Shown piece after piece: positions 60,588-64,000 of a stretch of 64,000 nt of DNA; within the stretch, counting starts at the first letter, position 1; each line of letters begins with the position of its first letter. Both the position numbers and the translations under genes were made by a program. Source of the stretch: an uncultured bacterium. Its GTDB lineage: Bacteria; CSSED10-310. Under the pieces are notes generated by a model, which was not told the origin of the DNA, ran no database searches, and saw only the letters and a list, made by a program, of their open reading frames with translations. Location of the stretch: assembly GCA_964404285.1 (NCBI GenBank), contig CAYOJK010000007.1:89130-153129 (forward strand). Direction: 5' to 3'.

Positions 60588-61820
60588 CTATTCAGCCTGG
60601 ACATCCTCTTGGTGGGCAGAGACACGTGTTTCCCAGTATGTTTGAAGCAGCTCCGGCCACTGTTCCTCCGGCACATTATGGGCAACAAGGCAGCGTTCAA
60701 AGACCTCATTCACATCAAGAACATCGAGTGTTTCCTCTTCATGGATTTGTCCCAGCACGCGGTCGATGATGCGATTATTCCTGATGCGGAGGATTTCGAT
60801 TTGAGAATCGGCAACAGCCTCCTCCAGGCGTTCACGCAGGTCGCCGATGACCTCAGCGCCATCGTAGATGACTTCGAGCCAGCGGCGTGACTCCATTGCT
60901 GACAACTCGGCAACGCGGTTTGCGATAGTCTCCCACTCCCCTTTGATGCGCTCAAGTTGCTGGAAAACGGGCACATCGACCAACTCTACAGATGCAGAAG
61001 AGCCTTCAAGCTCAACCAGGCAAACGCTCTTTTGCTGTTTTGCCTCTCCAAACCCCATAGGCAGAGGCGATCCGCTGTAACGAAAAGTTTCGGAGTCGTT
61101 CACCTTTTGCGGGACATGGAGGTGCCCCAGCGCGAGATAGTTAAAGCAGGCCGGAAAAATCCCGGCCGGTACGTGAGCCAGGGAGCCGAGATAAAGTTCG
61201 CGCACGCTATCATCACCATCAGCGACTTGCCCTCCTACGGTGAAGAGATGGCCCATGCCTATAATGGGAATATCACTGTTCAACTCCGCCCGTATCTGCT
61301 CAGCCAGAGCTCCGACAGCGGCATAATGCTTACCAATGCCTTCAACCAGTTTGCGCCCCTTGTCCTCAACACTCTCACCGGCCTCCACCGTGCGGATATC
61401 CCGGTCACGAAGGTAGGGGACGGCGCAGACAATTAATTCCGGGACGTCCCGCTCATTACGGAGCAGCAGCGCTTCGTCCTCCGGGGATGCGGCGCTACTC
61501 CCGACCACGTGGATATCAAGGGCCTTGAGCAGCTCTTTCGGAGCATTGAGAAAAGAAGGGGAGTCGTGGTTGCCACCGATGATAACAACATGGCGGCAGC
61601 ACGAGGCCGCCACCCGTCGGAGAAAGCGATAATAGAGTTCTTGGGCACGATTGCTTGGAGCGCTGGTATCAAAGACATCACCTGCCACCAGCAAGGCATC
61701 GATTTCATTCTGCTGAATCGTCTCAGCCAGCCAGGTCAGAAAAGCCTCGAACTCTTCATAGCGTTTTCTGCCATAAAGGCTGCGGCCGAGATGCCAGTCG
61801 GATGTGTGGAGAACTCTCAT
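60588..61820 (-). CDS. sbcD: Nuclease SbcD (Mre11-like)
   Basis: It has the MRVLHTSDWHLG, AGDVFD and GNHD phosphoesterase motifs. Confidence 0.9.
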   Translation of the reverse strand: MRVLHTSDWHLGRSLYGRKRYEEFEAFLTWLAETIQQNEIDALLVAGDVFDTSAPSNRAQELYYRFLRRVAASCCRHVVIIGGNHDSPSFLNAPKELLKALDIHVVGSSAASPEDEALLLRNERDVPELIVCAVPYLRDRDIRTVEAGESVEDKGRKLVEGIGKHYAAVGALAEQIRAELNSDIPIIGMGHLFTVGGQVADGDDSVRELYLGSLAHVPAGIFPACFNYLALGHLHVPQKVNDSETFRYSGSPLPMGFGEAKQQKSVCLVELEGSSASVELVDVPVFQQLERIKGEWETIANRVAELSAMESRRWLEVIYDGAEVIGDLRERLEEAVADSQIEILRIRNNRIIDRVLGQIHEEETLDVLDVNEVFERCLVAHNVPEEQWPELLQTYWETRVSAHQEDVQAE

Positions 61821-61942
61821 AATACTGCCCAGCCACCGCAGAGGCGGGACGTTTCATGTATTCTTTGCGTCAATCTTTTAATCAAGTCCACTGTGCCGAT
61901 TTGTATTTTATATTCTGGAAACTCGATCTTGTCGTTGCTCAT
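61817..61942 (-). CDS. Small upstream ORF (41 codons) translationally coupled to sbcD
   Basis: ATG 61942 is preceded by the SD AAGGAG 8 nt upstream. Its stop TGA overlaps the sbcD ATG (ATGA). It is below the ORF-track size cutoff and has no recognisable family. Confidence 0.3.
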   Translation of the reverse strand: MSNDKIEFPEYKIQIGTVDLIKRLTQRIHETSRLCGGWAVL

Positions 61943-62035
61943 AAAATCGCTCCTTGTTTTTCGTCACCTCAGTGATGGCAGCCTTCACAGACATAACACT
62001 TCTACTCCTTGACCCTTGTGTTTGCGCCATCATCG

Positions 62036-62266
62036 TCAGTCCCGGCGAACTGTTAAGAAATTCTTAACAGTTGCCTGGGGCGTTAACTCTCCCTCCTCAA
62101 AAATGTTGCGGATGTGCATGCTGATATTCGGAACAGTGGTTTGGAACAACTCCGCTATCAATTGTTGCGTTAGCCAGACGGTCTCATCCTGCAAGCGCAC
62201 TTCCAGTTTAATATGCCCGTCATCGGACTGATAGACGATGATTTCACCCTTGTTCTCACAGTTCAT
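62036..62266 (-). pseudogene. Truncated RhuM-family (virulence-associated) gene fragment, N-terminal 76 aa only
   Basis: It has the canonical RhuM N-terminus (GEIIVYQSDDGHIKLEVRLQDETVWLTQQLIAELFQTTVPNISMHIRNIFEEGEL), then diverges and stops. Full-length members are about 330 aa. Confidence 0.6.
62051..62071. repeat. Perfect 10-bp inverted repeat CTGTTAAGAA-A-TTCTTAACAG at the RhuM truncation point
   Basis: The palindrome was read directly from the sequence. It coincides with the point where the RhuM homology ends. Confidence 0.6.
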
Positions 62267-62730
62267 ACCCTATTGCCTCCATCCATGATCGTCTTTGTTG
62301 CAGCGGCGGTTTTAGAGGTCGCTTTACTCTGTTCCGCCGCGCCGCCGGCCTTGACCCACCCGTCCACTTCATCTTTCTTGAATTTCCACAGACGTCCCAT
62401 CCGATGAGCGGGCATCGCATGCTTGTCGTCCAGTGGATAGCCGCCATAGTCACAAGCCACGCCGGCTACACAAGTTCCAGCCAGAGATGCAACTGCCTCT
62501 ATGATACCATTGCCGAGCAGGAGAGCAAGATGTTCGCTCTGAAAAACAGCAGCCAACCAGGGCTCAATTAGCTTTCTTTGGGGCTCGATGTTTTCGCTTT
62601 TATCCGAGTTCTGGTCATCAAATATTTCCTTGTTCCCGATGCGATAAAAGTGAGTTCCCCCTGTGTTTTTGCTCATTTCACCATCCCTTTCAGCGGGCAA
62701 AGAGCTTGTCGATATACCTGTCACGATCAT
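62263..62730 (-). CDS. Hypothetical protein with C-terminal excisionase-type HTH (possibly chimeric or decayed)
   Basis: Its C-terminus is MPAHRMGRLWKFKKDEVDGWVKAG, an HTH_17/Xis-like motif. It lies in a GC-rich segment and continues the frame-shifted reading of the upstream ATPase fragment. Confidence 0.4.
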   Translation of the reverse strand: MIVTGISTSSLPAERDGEMSKNTGGTHFYRIGNKEIFDDQNSDKSENIEPQRKLIEPWLAAVFQSEHLALLLGNGIIEAVASLAGTCVAGVACDYGGYPLDDKHAMPAHRMGRLWKFKKDEVDGWVKAGGAAEQSKATSKTAAATKTIMDGGNRV

Positions 62731-62779
62731 CGGTCATGAACAGCACGTGCATCTCTTCCAGCTCTTCCTGGGTGTTGCC

Positions 62780-63361
62780 TCATTTCAGTTGCGGGTATCG
62801 CGTCCAGGAAAGGATGAAACTGTTGAGAATTACGGCTGGGTCTTTCAACCGTTGCTCGACATCCTTAATCCGTTTGTGGAACAGAATCTTCTCGCTGGCG
62901 GGGCCTTCGTGCAAAAGACCGTGCGGCTCGATGAAGGTGACGTACTGTTTCCCGCCGATCAGTATCCACAGAATGAAAGCGGGGTGCAAGTTTCTCGGCT
63001 CGAAGAATCCCACACCTTTGCCCCGGCTCATGTTCCTGAGCAGGAAGAGTTCCATCCCATCCTTTTCCAGAGCAGCCTTATGGCCGTCGCACCAGGTTTT
63101 CAGATCGGTGACAAACTGATATTCGCTCTCGCCCAGGGCAACAGGCAGGATGACCCGGGAGAGTTCTTTATCCTTCCCATGCTTTGCGACGTAGTGCCGA
63201 TATTGCAGCAGGTTGATGTGCATCAGCAACGTCTTGCCGCTGCCGGTGGCGTTCTGCATGCAGAGCTTGTGCAGGTCATCCTCGTTGTAAGGCGGCACAT
63301 CGGCGTAATCGTCCCAGTGGCGGTTGAAACGCTCAACGAATGCATTGAGATCGGTAAGCAT
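62780..63361 (-). pseudogene. P-loop ATPase / SF2-helicase-like gene fragment (ResIII-type motif I), truncated
   Basis: It has Walker A QNATGSGKTLLM near the N-terminus. The 193-aa ORF ends prematurely and is followed by a different-frame ORF. The plus-strand 242-aa ORF over the same DNA looks antisense. Confidence 0.4.
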
Positions 63362-63387
63362 CCCTTCACGATTGCCAAAAAAGCGGT

Positions 63388-63978
63388 CTAGATAACGGTT
63401 TGGCTCACCGGCGGAGCGGAGCGACGTCCGGTGGAGCCAGTGTTAGCCTGCTGGTTATAATCACCACACTTTCTTGACCATACTATAGAATTTCTTGTAC
63501 ATTCCTGAAACCCAGCGCTTTCATAGAAATGCCGAAGAGCCTCTCCTGATTGAAGGAGAATGAAGTTCACGCCCATTCTACTGCCTTCGGCTCGTATTGC
63601 CTGTAATAACAATTTGCCAATTCCTTGACAGCGATATTCCTCACCAATTTCCACTTCGAACAAGCGGGCATAGCCTCCGAGGTTGGCGCAATATACCCAG
63701 CCTACCAAGTCGTTTCCTCTCAACAGCCAATATGGTTTGAAAATACTTGAGAAATGTAGTTGCAGAGGCTTCAGCTCTTGGAACCACTCTTCTTCGAAGT
63801 AGCCACGAGATTGAACGATGCGGCAAAACCACTCAATGTACTCATCTTGAGATGGTGTTTCCAGCCTGTACTCTGATGATGAGTGAGCTTCCAGCGGTGG
63901 GGCGGAGAAGAAGATGGCAGTTGATAACCTATATCCTTTCTTGAGCAGATAATCGCGCCACAAGTCCTCTTTCAACAC
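63388..63978 (-). CDS. GNAT family N-acetyltransferase
   Basis: It has the acetyl-CoA binding block RCQGIGKLLLQAI. Its C-terminal tail is atypical, so it may read into junction sequence. Confidence 0.7.
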   Translation of the reverse strand: MLKEDLWRDYLLKKGYRLSTAIFFSAPPLEAHSSSEYRLETPSQDEYIEWFCRIVQSRGYFEEEWFQELKPLQLHFSSIFKPYWLLRGNDLVGWVYCANLGGYARLFEVEIGEEYRCQGIGKLLLQAIRAEGSRMGVNFILLQSGEALRHFYESAGFQECTRNSIVWSRKCGDYNQQANTGSTGRRSAPPVSQTVI

Positions 63979-64000
63979 AGGAGGATAAATATCAAATCGG

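Noticed and set aside
62663-63391. 242-aa plus-strand ORF.
   Set aside because: It lies exactly antisense to a minus-strand ORF that carries a Walker A motif. Its composition (L, V, Q, P, H-rich with no motifs) is typical of antisense reading of GC-rich coding DNA.
1-64000. CRISPR arrays, IS elements with terminal inverted repeats, integrase genes, and rRNA genes.
   Set aside because: No regularly spaced direct repeats, transposase or integrase ORFs, or rRNA-like segments were seen. The only mobile-element-like material is the decayed RhuM, HTH and ATPase fragments at 62.0-63.4 kb.

Overview
The window is a chromosomal segment of a low-GC (about 42-45%) Gram-negative bacterium. The gene content (DUF507 pair, DUF4388, TatT-type TRAP transporter, tRNA-Sec) is compatible with a Desulfobacterota-like anaerobe, but that is an inference. 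Most of the window is housekeeping: murG-murJ-murC, lepB, plsB, secA, PBP1A with an LpoA-like activator, hrcA-grpE-dnaK-prmA-rsmE, lysC, ackA, a TatT-type TRAP transporter, bamD, and tRNA-Phe.

The strongest candidate for something new is at 12.9-15.3 kb. Two tandem paralogous exported DUF1573-family proteins each carry a single in-frame TGA at the first Cys of the family's conserved CGCT motif. A hairpin that is nucleotide-identical in both copies sits 35-51 nt downstream of each TGA. A tRNA with anticodon UCA (tRNA-Sec, selC) lies 1.8 kb away. Together this argues for a selenocysteine-containing DUF1573 lipoprotein pair rather than two pseudogenes.

Other notable items:
- An mraZ gene is coupled to a degenerate, probably GTPase-dead FtsZ/tubulin paralog, away from any dcw context.
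- A Vsr, restriction endonuclease and C5-cytosine methyltransferase cassette sits directly downstream of murC.
- A GC-enriched block at 57.3-63.4 kb carries sbcDC with a translationally coupled 41-codon upstream ORF, followed by decayed mobile or defence remnants: a truncated RhuM gene ending in a 10-bp palindrome, an excisionase-type HTH protein and a P-loop ATPase fragment.
- The TatT-like lipoprotein probably uses a non-canonical CTG start.

An earlier, unrepeatable count of the sequence text disagreed by 1 nt with the ORF track around the first TGA, so those positions carry about ±1 nt uncertainty. I used ORF-track coordinates throughout.
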